From an uncultured Pseudomonadota bacterium (GTDB taxonomy: Bacteria > Myxococcota_A > UBA796 > GCA-2862545), in contig CAIOSP010000091.1 of NCBI GenBank assembly GCA_903861005.1, forward strand, positions 2,437-34,436: 32,000 nucleotides of DNA. The letters run 5' to 3'. Shown here in pieces: positions 1-8,623 of this stretch. Positions within the stretch are counted from its first letter, which is position 1. The number at the start of each line of letters is the position of its first letter. The position numbers and the translations under genes were made by a program. The notes beneath the pieces are model-generated. The model saw only the letters and a list, made by a program, of their open reading frames with translations, was not told the DNA's origin and did not search any database.

Positions 1-291
1 CTGGACGGCAACTCGTTCCACGACGCGTGGGACCTGGGCAAGCTCATCGCCGAAGAGTCGCACACGCCCAAGTGCGTCGTGAAGCAGCTCTTCATGTACG
101 CGCTCGGCCGCCAGCCGACGGACGCGGACGACGAGGCGCTCGACTACCTGAACGAGACCTTCGCCTGGAGCGGCTACCGCGTGCGTCACGTGCTCAACGA
201 GCTGGTGATGTCGCCCGCCTTCCGTGAGGTCAACGAGCTGGACATGACGGTGGACGACACCGACGCCGACACCGACGGGGGTACGCCGTGA
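1..291 (+). CDS. DUF1585 domain, C-terminal end of a DUF1592/DUF1595/DUF1587/DUF1588-type multidomain protein (5' partial)
   Basis: Frame 1 is open from the window edge. The translation LDGNSFHDAWDLGKLIAEESHTPKCVVKQLFMYALGRQPTDADDEALDYLNETF... resembles the DUF1585 C-terminal module. Its TGA (289-291) overlaps the GTG (288-290) of the DUF1552 gene, the usual downstream partner. Confidence 0.7.
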   Translation: MDGNSFHDAWDLGKLIAEESHTPKCVVKQLFMYALGRQPTDADDEALDYLNETFAWSGYRVRHVLNELVMSPAFREVNELDMTVDDTDADTDGGTP

Positions 292-1619
292 CGCGCAAAG
301 GGATCGATCGTCGTACGCTGCTGCGGGGCATCTTGGGCGGCGCGGCCGTCAGCATCGGCCTGCCTCCGCTGGAGCTGTTCATGAACAGCCACGGCACGGC
401 TTGGGCCTCAGGCGAGGCGTTCCCGACGCGCCTGGGCTTGTTCTGCTGGGGCAACGGGAACATCCCGTCGCGCTGGACGCCAGCCGCCACCGGCGTGGAC
501 GACGCGTGGGCGCTTTCGGAGCAGCTGGCGCCGCTGCAGGACTTCAAGCGCTCGCTGGCGGTGGTCACCGGCCTCGACATCCTGCTGCCCAACGTGGCGC
601 CGCATGGTTCGGGCGCGGTGGGCATCCTCACCGGTCGCAAGACGCTCGAAGGCCCGGGCGGCAGCACCTATCCGAGCCCCACGCTCGATCAGGTCGCGGC
701 CAACGCGATCGGCGCGAGCACGCGCTTCAAGTCGATCGAGTACGGCGCCAAGGCCGGGGGCGGCTTGTCCTACGGCGGTCCGTACGCGCTCAACCCCGCG
801 GAGGAGTCGCCGTACGCGCTCTTCCAGCGGCTGTTCGGCGCCGGGTTCACCTTGCCCGGCGACACGCCGATCATCGACCCTGCGTGGGCGCTGCGTCGCT
901 CCGTGCTGGACGCGGTGGGCGAGGACAGCGCCCGCATCCGCGCCCGCCTGGGCATCGCCGATCAGCGTCGCCTGGAGCAGCACCTCTACGGCGTGCGCGC
1001 GCTCGAGCTTCGCCTGTCGCGGCTGGAGCAGGACCCGCCCGATCTGGCTGCCTGCACCATGCCCACGGAGCCTGCGCCCGAGTACCCGGACCTGGAAGGC
1101 CGCGCGCAGCTGCGCGAGAAGAACCGCGTCATGTCCGAGCTGGTCGCCATGGCCTGGGCCTGCGATCAGACGCGCGTGGTCAGCAACTTCCTCACGCACC
1201 CGGTGAACGACGTCCTGTTCCCCGACGCGCCCATGGGCCACCATCAGCTCACGCACGACGAGCCCGGCGATCAGCCCGAGGTCCACGCGATCGTGAAGCA
1301 CGTGATGGAGTGCTTCTCCGACACGTTGGCGGCCTGCGCGAACATCGCCGAGGGCGACGGCACCGTGCTCGATCACTGCGCGTGGCTGGCCACGTCCGAG
1401 GTGTCCCTGGGTCGTCTGCACAGCTTGGAGGACTACCCTCTGCTGATCGCGGGCAGCGCGAACGGGCGCCTGTTGAACGACATCCACGTCCGCAGCGCGG
1501 GCGGGGAGAGCACGTCGCACGTCATCCTGTCGGTGCTGCGCGCGGTCGGCGTCACGCTCCCGTCGTGGGGCGAGGACGACAACCTGGTCACCGATGGGTA
1601 CGCGGCGATCGAGACCTGA
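288..1619 (+). CDS. DUF1552 domain-containing protein with twin-arginine signal
   Basis: 443-aa ORF with strong G/C third-position bias. The N-terminus RKGIDRRTLLRGILGGAAVSIGLPPLE is the typical Tat-like DUF1552 leader. It is coupled to the upstream DUF1585 gene by a GTGA overlap. Confidence 0.85.
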   Translation: MTRKGIDRRTLLRGILGGAAVSIGLPPLELFMNSHGTAWASGEAFPTRLGLFCWGNGNIPSRWTPAATGVDDAWALSEQLAPLQDFKRSLAVVTGLDILLPNVAPHGSGAVGILTGRKTLEGPGGSTYPSPTLDQVAANAIGASTRFKSIEYGAKAGGGLSYGGPYALNPAEESPYALFQRLFGAGFTLPGDTPIIDPAWALRRSVLDAVGEDSARIRARLGIADQRRLEQHLYGVRALELRLSRLEQDPPDLAACTMPTEPAPEYPDLEGRAQLREKNRVMSELVAMAWACDQTRVVSNFLTHPVNDVLFPDAPMGHHQLTHDEPGDQPEVHAIVKHVMECFSDTLAACANIAEGDGTVLDHCAWLATSEVSLGRLHSLEDYPLLIAGSANGRLLNDIHVRSAGGESTSHVILSVLRAVGVTLPSWGEDDNLVTDGYAAIET

Positions 1620-1629
1620 CCTGCGGCGT

Positions 1630-1660
1630 CGCGGGGCCACGCGCGAACGTGGCCCTCGCG
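1630..1660. terminator. GC-rich hairpin between convergent genes (possible bidirectional terminator, no U-tract)
   Basis: GGGCCACG (1634-1641) pairs with CGTGGCCC (1648-1655) around a 6-nt loop. The stem is extended by CGCG/CGCG with one bulge. It sits between the DUF1552 stop (1619) and the DUF538 stop (1671). Confidence 0.3.
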
Positions 1661-1670
1661 AGCGCACGCG

Positions 1671-2027
1671 TCACGCGAAGGCGCTCCAGGGCACGGCCTG
1701 CACCAGGCCCGCCACGCTGAAGCTCACCTTGGACTTGTCGTCCGAGGCGCGGATCTCGGTGATGGCGGGCTTGATCAGCAGCACCTTCACGTTGACGCCA
1801 GTCAGGTTGGTGATCTTGCCCTTGGCGATCGTGCCGCGGATCTGCTTGCTGTAGATCACCTTGTGGCCGTGCACCTCGGCCGTCACGTCGCGGTCGAGCG
1901 TGACGGTGAAGGCGCCGGTCTTCTCGTCCAGCGTGTTGGCGGCGATCACGTCGGGGAGCAGCTTGGCGGGAAAGCCGTAGGCGACCATGTTCTCGCGGAC
2001 TCGGGCGGTGGCGGCGGGGTCAGACAT
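1671..2027 (-). CDS. DUF538 family protein (plant-type)
   Basis: 118 aa. ...GFPAKLLPDVIAANTLDEKTGAFTVTL...KGKITNLTGVNVKVLLIKPAITEIRASDDKSKVSFSVAGLVQAVPWSAFA follows the DUF538 pattern as I recall it (GLLP...Y..etG.f.v.l...GKi..LtGVkaKellw..v.ei.vd..sgki.F..g..k.fP.saF). Confidence 0.75.
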   Translation of the reverse strand: MSDPAATARVRENMVAYGFPAKLLPDVIAANTLDEKTGAFTVTLDRDVTAEVHGHKVIYSKQIRGTIAKGKITNLTGVNVKVLLIKPAITEIRASDDKSKVSFSVAGLVQAVPWSAFA

Positions 2028-2039
2028 GGGGGCTCCGGG

Positions 2040-3086
2040 TCAGTGGCGCGTGCGCGCGGCGACCAAGCGTCGCTCGGCGTCGGCGCGGGCGGTGGAGACG
2101 GCGTCGGCCAAGCTAGCCTGGCCGCGGGCGCGCAGCAGGTTGTGGTCGCCTGCGCGGGCGAAGCGGGCCTTGTCCCAGCCGAAGTAGGACTCGTTGAGCG
2201 CGTCCGCGGCGAAGCGCATGGCGAGCTCGGTGGCGATGCGCTCGGTGGACGTGACGACGGCAGCCCACTCGTCGTCGGTGGGGCCCCAGGCGGCGGCGGC
2301 GCTCGCGTAGCCGCGCATGGCGGCCTCGAAGATGTCGAGGTCGAACGCGGCCTGGGCGACGTCCTCGCCGGCGGTGCCGCACCAGCTGCGCATCGCGTCG
2401 CCCAGCTCGGCGCCGAGCGTGTCGCGGGCGAGCGTGTCGAGGTCGATGAGCGTGAGCGCGTCGTGGCCATCGAAGCGGACGTTGCTGATCTTCAGATCGC
2501 CGTGGATGACGCGCAGCGGCAGGTCGGGGATCTGTGGGGCGAGGACGCGCCAGCGCTCGAGCAGGCCCTGGGCGAGCGGCGCCACGGCGTCGTAGAGCGC
2601 GTGGTCGCGGTGCGCGTCCAGCGCGGCGGCGAGCGTGGCGGCGTGGCGGTTTGTGTCGTGCGGGCCGGGCCGGACGTGCTGGAAGGTCCAGTCCAGATCG
2701 GCGACCGCGCCGTGGAAGCGCGCGACGAGCGCCCCGGCGGACCGCGCCTCATCAGGGTGGGTGATCGCGTCGACCGTGCGCGCGCCGAGCCAGGTCAGCA
2801 CGCGCCAGACGCCGCCGTCGTCCTCGTGCCACAGGCCGCCCGCGCGCGTCCGGACCAGCCGGGGCGTGGGCAGGCCCTTGGCCGCCAGGTGCGCCGTCAC
2901 CGCGTCGATGTCTTCATGCACGGACGGCTTGAAGATGCGGGTGTTCAGGCGCTGCAGCGCACCCAGCGGGCCGTGGTCGCCGTCCACACGCCAGGACGCG
3001 TTGATCAGGCCGCTGGTGAGCGGCGTGGCGCGCGGCGGCGTGGGCCAGTCCCAGGCGCGCAGGATGGGGTCGAGGTTGTGGCTCAT
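2040..3086 (-). CDS. Phosphotransferase-family kinase (APH / choline-kinase-like fold)
   Basis: Brenner motif VIHGDLKISNVRF followed by LIDLDT. The start is taken at ATG 3086 (MSHNLDPILRAW...); the upstream part of the 406-aa track ORF is Arg-rich filler. The stop lies 12 nt before the DUF538 start. Confidence 0.8.
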   Translation of the reverse strand: MSHNLDPILRAWDWPTPPRATPLTSGLINASWRVDGDHGPLGALQRLNTRIFKPSVHEDIDAVTAHLAAKGLPTPRLVRTRAGGLWHEDDGGVWRVLTWLGARTVDAITHPDEARSAGALVARFHGAVADLDWTFQHVRPGPHDTNRHAATLAAALDAHRDHALYDAVAPLAQGLLERWRVLAPQIPDLPLRVIHGDLKISNVRFDGHDALTLIDLDTLARDTLGAELGDAMRSWCGTAGEDVAQAAFDLDIFEAAMRGYASAAAAWGPTDDEWAAVVTSTERIATELAMRFAADALNESYFGWDKARFARAGDHNLLRARGQASLADAVSTARADAERRLVAARTRH

Positions 3087-3142
3087 GCTCACCCGCCTAC
3101 CATGGGTGGCCGCGCGGGCGCGAGGGCCCGCCGACCGCGCGA

Positions 3143-4054
3143 TCAGAGTCCGCCGAAGTCCACGCCGGTGAGCCCGACGCTCATGTCCCACAGGCGCGTG
3201 TGCGACGCCTTGTCGAGGGCGGCGGCGGTCGGCGTGCAGCGCTTGGCGGCCGCGCCCCACATCTCCATCAGCCCGTCCGGACCGTAGTACTCGCCGCCCT
3301 TCACGTCGGGCGAGGTGACGGCGTGGAGCTGCGGGATGGCGCCGCGCGCGGCGGACTGGCCGAGCAGGTTGTTGCCCAGGTTCATGATCCAGCCCTTGAA
3401 CGCGGAGCCCTCCATCTTAGGGGCCACGCCCTGCAGCTCGGTCGACGCGTAGCCAGGGTGAGCCGCGAGGACGATCGTGCGCTTGCCGGCGGCCCGCAGG
3501 CGGCGCTCCAGCTCGTAGGTAAACGCCAGGTTGGCGAGCTTGCTCTGCCCGTAGGCCGACCACGCGCCGTAGTGGCGCTCGCCCATCAGGTCGTCGAAGT
3601 CGAACTTGCCCATCCGGTGCGCGGTGGACGCGACGTTCACGACGCGCGGGGCAGGCGACGCCTCCAGCAGCCCGAGCAGCTGCCCGGTGAGGGCGAAGTG
3701 GCCGAGGTGGTTGGTGCCCAGCTGCATCTCAAACCCGTCGGCGGTGAGCGTGCGCGGGATGGCCATCAGGCCCGCGTTGTTGAGCAGCACGTCGATCGAC
3801 GTGAAGTCCGCCTTCATACCATCGGCGAACGCCTTGATGGAAGCTAGGCTCGCCAGGTCCAGCGTGCGCACCGACACGTCGGCGCCGGGCGTCTCCGCGA
3901 GGACCTTGTCGACCGCCGCCTGCGCCTTCTGCGCGTTGCGGCAGGCCATGATCACCGTGGCGCCCGCGGCCGCGAGCGCGCGGACCGACTCAAAGCCGAG
4001 CCCGCTGTTCGCGCCGGTGATCACCACGCGCTTGCCGCGCATGTCCTGAGTCAT
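3143..4054 (-). CDS. Short-chain dehydrogenase/reductase (SDR) family oxidoreductase
   Basis: Contains VVITGANSGLG (TGxxxGxG), NNAG and the catalytic YGQSK (YxxxK). ATG at 4054 is preceded by GGAGG (about 4060-4064 on the minus strand). Confidence 0.9.
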   Translation of the reverse strand: MTQDMRGKRVVITGANSGLGFESVRALAAAGATVIMACRNAQKAQAAVDKVLAETPGADVSVRTLDLASLASIKAFADGMKADFTSIDVLLNNAGLMAIPRTLTADGFEMQLGTNHLGHFALTGQLLGLLEASPAPRVVNVASTAHRMGKFDFDDLMGERHYGAWSAYGQSKLANLAFTYELERRLRAAGKRTIVLAAHPGYASTELQGVAPKMEGSAFKGWIMNLGNNLLGQSAARGAIPQLHAVTSPDVKGGEYYGPDGLMEMWGAAAKRCTPTAAALDKASHTRLWDMSVGLTGVDFGGL

Positions 4055-4109
4055 GCTCGCCTCCGATGTCGCGCCGCTATCTCGGCGGCGCGACCGGGGC
4101 TGGCTTGGC

Positions 4110-5087
4110 CTAGAACCCGACGGCGAGACCGGCACGACCCATCAGGTCGGTGCCCTTGTCGACGGTCGTGTTCGGGCCGTGGACGATGGCGTGGAAGCCG
4201 CCGACCACCGACCAGGCGCCGGCCTGCGCGGGGATGAAGCCCAGCGCAAGCGACGCGTCGAGGCCGGTCTCGAGGTAGCCGAACGCGCTGTCGACGCCCG
4301 CGGACTCGTAGTACTTGGACGCGGACAGACCGACGATCACCGGCACGGCGAAGCCGAGCGTGGCCTTGTCGGACGAGACGGCGGTGACGGACGGGTAGAT
4401 CGACGGCTCGACGTAGATGCCCTCGCCGGTGCCGCCGTCGGCCTGGCCGGACAGCTCAAACGCGGCGACGATCTTGGGGTTCACGCCGGTGAAGACGCCA
4501 TTGGTCTTCTCCGACACCCAGGCGCCGTCCGCGACGTTGAGGATGACGTCGAACTCATGCACCGTGCCGAACTTGCCGTTCGGGCTGGTGTAGCCGGCGT
4601 ACATGGCCTGCAGGCCGACCGCGCCCGCGAACGTGGAGCGCAGGGCGACGTAGTAGTCGGTCTCGTAGTGGCGCTTGGGGCCTGCGGCGCCAGCGGCATC
4701 CGGATCCAGGTGGAGGCTGGCCCAGGTGCCGACCGCGAGCGACAGGCCGGTGAGGCCCGTGTCGCCCGAGTACAGGTTCAGGCCCAGCTCGCCCCAGGGC
4801 TGGAAGATCGCGCCCGTGGTCTGCTGGTTGATGCCGCGGAAGATGTAGGCGTTCGTGCCCACGAAGCCGATGCTGCCGACCCACATGGACCCTGCGGCGG
4901 GCGCCTCCTCCTCTGCGGCCTCGTCCCCGTCGTCTTCGGCGACGACGGCTTCGACCACGGGTGCGACCACGGGTGCGACGGTCGCCACAGTGGTGAGCTC
5001 GGCGGCGGGCGTGGGCTCCTCGGCGCGGGCGGTTGTCTGGATGGCGAGGGGGAGTACGAGCACCAAGGCGAGCCTGGAGTACGACAT
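4110..5087 (-). CDS. Outer-membrane beta-barrel protein, TorF/Gcw_chp-like putative porin
   Basis: Signal peptide MSYSRLALVLVLPLAIQTTARA, then an acidic Ala/Val/Glu linker, then alternating beta-strand pattern. It has a TNAYIFRGINQQ...GTWAS motif like the Gcw_chp family and a C-terminal ...AGLAVGF with terminal Phe. ATG at 5087 is preceded by GGAGG. Confidence 0.6.
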   Translation of the reverse strand: MSYSRLALVLVLPLAIQTTARAEEPTPAAELTTVATVAPVVAPVVEAVVAEDDGDEAAEEEAPAAGSMWVGSIGFVGTNAYIFRGINQQTTGAIFQPWGELGLNLYSGDTGLTGLSLAVGTWASLHLDPDAAGAAGPKRHYETDYYVALRSTFAGAVGLQAMYAGYTSPNGKFGTVHEFDVILNVADGAWVSEKTNGVFTGVNPKIVAAFELSGQADGGTGEGIYVEPSIYPSVTAVSSDKATLGFAVPVIVGLSASKYYESAGVDSAFGYLETGLDASLALGFIPAQAGAWSVVGGFHAIVHGPNTTVDKGTDLMGRAGLAVGF

Positions 5088-5371
5088 GTTCGGGGACCTC
5101 CGAATGCGGCGGCGACATCCGCGTGGGTTTCCCGGACGGAAGTCCGACCGGGGCGGCTCCATCTCTCCACCACCCGTGCCAATGCGTCCGAACGATGCAA
5201 CGCCGATCGTCCACCGCTTAGGTTTGGCGTGGCTACCGATACGTAGGAATCAGTCGAACTGGTAACGAAAATGTAGCGCGCTGGCAGGGCGAGCGACATT
5301 GGCCGTAGCCCCGCCCACGCCGGCGCTCGGGCGTCGGTGGGCTTCCTGCCTCATCATTCTAGGGTTGAAGC

Positions 5372-6634
5372 CTAGAACTCGACGTCGCCCTCGTCGCCCA
5401 GATCGATCTCGGCGCCGCCCTCACCGTGTCCGCGTCGGACGATGCCGTCCTCAGACAGGGTGCCATTGGACTCCAGGTCGGCCCACACAGAGGGGTCGAT
5501 CTGGCCGATGTGCGCGAGGATCTGCTCGTAGGCGGCGATCTGGCCAGGGTTGGCGGCGCGCCACGCCAGGCGGTCGGTGTCCATCTGGGCCAGGTCGGCC
5601 TCGATGGTGTCGGGCGTGAGGACCACGCCGAAGTTGGGCTCAAAGGTGCCCGACTTGCCGGCGACCGACTCCTGGATGCGCTCCAGGGTGTTGTCGCCCA
5701 ACAGCTTGGACTGGTGCGACAGGTCCGACCACCAGGGCGTCGGCTTGTCCGTGGGCAGCATGGGGAGCGGGGACTTGGCCGGGCTGTGGTAGGTCTCGAA
5801 GTCCCACAGCGGGATGCCGCGCTTGAACGTCTCCTGCGTGAGGAAGCGCTTCCACTCCTTGTTCACGTCCCACAGGTTCGACGTCTTGAGCATCTCGATC
5901 TGGAGCGCGTGCTCCGCCGGGATGGCGACCATCACCTTGAGGCCCGCGGCCTGCGCCTCGTCGAGGATCTCCACGAACAGCGCGCGCGTCTTGTCCGGGC
6001 CCTCAAAGAGCCGGTACATGTTCGCGCGAAGCAGCGTGGTCTTGACCATGCCGCGCGTCTCCATGGACGACGTGTGCTCGGGCTTGGGCTTGTCGAAGAT
6101 GGGCAGCCAGATGCCGCGCAGCTTGGTGGACCACTCGATGGCGTCGAGGCTGGTGAGGCCCCACGCCAGGTAGTTCAGGCGGTTGCGCTCCGGGTTCAGC
6201 CGCGACTGGGCCCAGTCGTGGTTGTACATGCGGCCGTCGTGGAACATGTGCAGGTCGACGAAGAGCAGGATGCCCTTGAGCTTCGTCTTGGTGGTGATGA
6301 AGTCGACCACCGTCTTCTGCTCGGCGATGCTAGTGCCGCCGAGCGCGCCGTTGCACAGGCGCCACTTGCCCCAGTTGGGCATGTCGGTGCCAAAGCCAAA
6401 CACCACGCGACTGGAGCCCAGGAAGGCGATGTCGCACTTGCCGCGCATGCGCTCTGCCGCCGCCACGCGCGACCAGGTGAGCGGCGCGTAGCCCATGTTG
6501 GGCAGATGCATGTGGCGGAAGATGCCGTACGGGTCGATGTAGACGTTGAAGCTGGCCATCAGCGTGGTGGCGAGCACCGACGTCAGCACCGCGGTGCGGA
6601 AGTACTTGCGGAAGTCGGCGAGCGTCGGTTCCAT
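5372..6634 (-). CDS. Membrane-anchored MBOAT partner protein, DltD/SGNH-like (putative extracytoplasmic O-acyl transfer component)
   Basis: 420 aa starting MEPTLADFRKYFRTAVLTSVLATTLMASFNVYI (one N-terminal TM). It has FLGSSRV (Ser-nucleophile-like block, aa 71-77) and WWSDLSHQS (D304-x-x-H307 block). Its ATG overlaps the MBOAT TGA by 1 nt (TGATG at 6632-6636). The upstream 163 aa of the 583-aa track ORF overlap MBOAT out of frame and were rejected. Confidence 0.6.
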   Translation of the reverse strand: MEPTLADFRKYFRTAVLTSVLATTLMASFNVYIDPYGIFRHMHLPNMGYAPLTWSRVAAAERMRGKCDIAFLGSSRVVFGFGTDMPNWGKWRLCNGALGGTSIAEQKTVVDFITTKTKLKGILLFVDLHMFHDGRMYNHDWAQSRLNPERNRLNYLAWGLTSLDAIEWSTKLRGIWLPIFDKPKPEHTSSMETRGMVKTTLLRANMYRLFEGPDKTRALFVEILDEAQAAGLKVMVAIPAEHALQIEMLKTSNLWDVNKEWKRFLTQETFKRGIPLWDFETYHSPAKSPLPMLPTDKPTPWWSDLSHQSKLLGDNTLERIQESVAGKSGTFEPNFGVVLTPDTIEADLAQMDTDRLAWRAANPGQIAAYEQILAHIGQIDPSVWADLESNGTLSEDGIVRRGHGEGGAEIDLGDEGDVEF

Positions 6635-8094
6635 CAGAACGCCCAGTAGATGAAGGGGCTGGCGCGCTCGATCACCGGGATGCACGCGAAGAAGAGCAGG
6701 CCGATGATCACGGCCCAGCGCTGCGTGGGGCTCCAGGTGAGCGACGGGCGCCAGTGCAGGCGGTCCGTGCCCTGCACCAGCACCGACTGGTACTTCTCGA
6801 GCCAGCGCTGCGAGGTGGGCGCCAACTGGGTGAGCGCGAACGCCGCCAGGAAGGCCAGCGGCAGGTTCTGCTCCATCGTGCCGATCCCGGTGTGGGACAG
6901 GCCGGTCATGGTGCGGAACATCACGCCGGCGTCCCCGAGGGTGAGCGAGCGGAAGAAGATGAAGCCGATCATCCACGCGAGGGTGGTGAGGAGTCGCCCG
7001 GAGACCACCGCCGCGCGTCCCTGGCCCTCGCCGCCGCGCAGCTTGCGCCACCCGTGGTTGATCAAGAGGAACAGGCCGTTGGCCGCGCCCCACGCCACGA
7101 AGCCCCAGCCCGCGCCGTGCCACAGGCCGCCCAGCACCATGGTGAGGAACAGATTGGCGTAGCGCCAGAAGGTGCCGTTCCGGCTGCCGCCCAGCGCGAT
7201 GTACAGGTAGTCGCGCAGGAAGCGGCCGAGCGTGACGTGCCAGCGGCGCCAGAAGTCGATCATGTTGTTGGCGCGGTAGGGCGCGTCGAAGTTCAGCGGG
7301 AAGACGATGCCGAACATCCGCGCCAGACCGACCGCCATGTCGGAGTAGCCGGAGAAGTCGAAGTAGATCTGGAAGTGGTAGGCGAGCACGCCCGTCCAGG
7401 CGCCGACCATGGTGGGCGTGTGACCCGCGTGGATCATCCCGAAGTACTTGTCGGCGTGGACCGCCATCCAGTCGGCGATCAGCACCTTCTTGGCCATGCC
7501 GACGGCCAGCATGGTGAAGCCCACCGCGCGGTCGACCGACGTCGGCTTACGCGCCGCGTGGAACTGCGGCAGCATCTCGCCGTGGTGCACGATGGGGCCC
7601 GCGATCAAATGCGGGAAGAAGGTGACGAACAGCACGTAGTCGAGCGAGTCGTGCGCGCGGGTCAGCCCGCGGTACGCGTCCACCAGGTAGGCGATCTGCG
7701 TGAAGGTGAAGAACGAGATGCCGAGCGGCAGCGCGTACTGCGGCAGCATCAGATCGTAGCCGAGCAGCGTCTCGATGCTGTGATCGAGGAAGCCCGTGTA
7801 CTTGTAGAAGCCCAAGAAGAACAGGTTGAGCGCGACGCCCAGCTTGAGCAGGCGCAGGCGCGCCTCGGGGCTGCGGAGGTCCGACGAGACCCAGCGCCCG
7901 AACACGTAGTTGCCGGCCGTCGAGGCGAGCAGGAGCACCAGGTAGGGCGGATACCACCAGCCGTAGAAGACCAGCGACATGGCCGCGAGCCAGCCCATGG
8001 CGGCGCGCCCGCCCCAGCGACGGATCACCCATTGGTGAACCGCCAGCGTGACCGGCAGAAAGACGAACAGGAACTCGTAACTGTTGAACAGCAC
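6634..8094 (-). CDS. MBOAT family O-acyltransferase (AlgI/DltB-like)
   Basis: The N-terminus MLFNSYEFLFVFLPV is typical of AlgI/DltB. It is multi-pass, with FWRRWHVTLGRFLRDYLYIALGGSR and the invariant-His block GGLWHGAGW. GTG start at 8094. Confidence 0.9.
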   Translation of the reverse strand: MLFNSYEFLFVFLPVTLAVHQWVIRRWGGRAAMGWLAAMSLVFYGWWYPPYLVLLLASTAGNYVFGRWVSSDLRSPEARLRLLKLGVALNLFFLGFYKYTGFLDHSIETLLGYDLMLPQYALPLGISFFTFTQIAYLVDAYRGLTRAHDSLDYVLFVTFFPHLIAGPIVHHGEMLPQFHAARKPTSVDRAVGFTMLAVGMAKKVLIADWMAVHADKYFGMIHAGHTPTMVGAWTGVLAYHFQIYFDFSGYSDMAVGLARMFGIVFPLNFDAPYRANNMIDFWRRWHVTLGRFLRDYLYIALGGSRNGTFWRYANLFLTMVLGGLWHGAGWGFVAWGAANGLFLLINHGWRKLRGGEGQGRAAVVSGRLLTTLAWMIGFIFFRSLTLGDAGVMFRTMTGLSHTGIGTMEQNLPLAFLAAFALTQLAPTSQRWLEKYQSVLVQGTDRLHWRPSLTWSPTQRWAVIIGLLFFACIPVIERASPFIYWAF

Positions 8095-8122
8095 GACGCG
8101 ATGCTAGCCCAGGTGGAGGTGG

Positions 8123-8623
8123 GTGGCGATTCCTACGTGCGTGGGGGCAGATCAATTGTCTAGAGAGCGTCTGTTTGTCGGCCTCGGCCGCAGGGTGCCG
8201 CTGATGGCGGCGGCCCTGGTGTCGGCCTGCGGGATCGGCGCTTCCCGTGCGGCGCCCTCGGTGATCGATCGCGAGCTGCTCGCCCCGTACGTCGCCGCGC
8301 TCAACGCGGGTGACACCGAGCACGCCTGGCGCGACTTCACGACCGACGGGTACCGCGCGTCCACCAACCTGATCGCGTTCGAGGCCGGTCAGGCCCGCAA
8401 CCGGGACGAGCTTGGCGCGTCGGTGCACGTCACCCAGCTGCCGGACGACCCGGCGCCGCTCGCCGAGCCGGGCCACCCGCCCATGCTCCGTGTGACCGCG
8501 CGCTGGGAAGGGACCGACGCGACGTCGGTAGTCGTGCTCGATCTGGTCGACGGGCCGCCGTGGCGGATCGAGCGGACCTGGGCGTGGCCGGAGACCGGCT
8601 TGGGCACCGAGCGCGTCTACTAA
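8123..8623 (+). CDS. Hypothetical protein, probable lipoprotein (start uncertain)
   Basis: ORF with GC3 bias. An internal TTG at 8156 would give M-SRERLFVGLGRRVPLMAAALVSAC-G, a plausible lipoprotein signal with lipobox. ATG 8204 is another option. I recognise no family. Confidence 0.45.
   Translation: MAIPTCVGADQLSRERLFVGLGRRVPLMAAALVSACGIGASRAAPSVIDRELLAPYVAALNAGDTEHAWRDFTTDGYRASTNLIAFEAGQARNRDELGASVHVTQLPDDPAPLAEPGHPPMLRVTARWEGTDATSVVVLDLVDGPPWRIERTWAWPETGLGTERVY

Noticed and set aside
401-1720. ORFs of 439 aa (+) and 419 aa (-) overlapping the DUF1552 gene.
   Set aside because: They are alternative-frame or antisense shadows with Arg/Gly/Ala-dominated composition. The DUF1552 frame has the recognisable Tat leader and family features.
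1863-3287. 474-aa plus-strand ORF across the DUF538/APH region. ORF 4053-5246 (+) opposite the porin is similar.
   Set aside because: They are antisense to ORFs with clear catalytic or signal motifs and have Gly/Ala/Arg/Val low complexity.
6635-7123. Upstream 163 codons of the 583-aa track ORF 5372-7123.
   Set aside because: They overlap the MBOAT gene out of frame and are Arg/Gly/Pro-rich filler. The ATG at 6634 coincides with the MBOAT stop (TGATG) and precedes the TM anchor.
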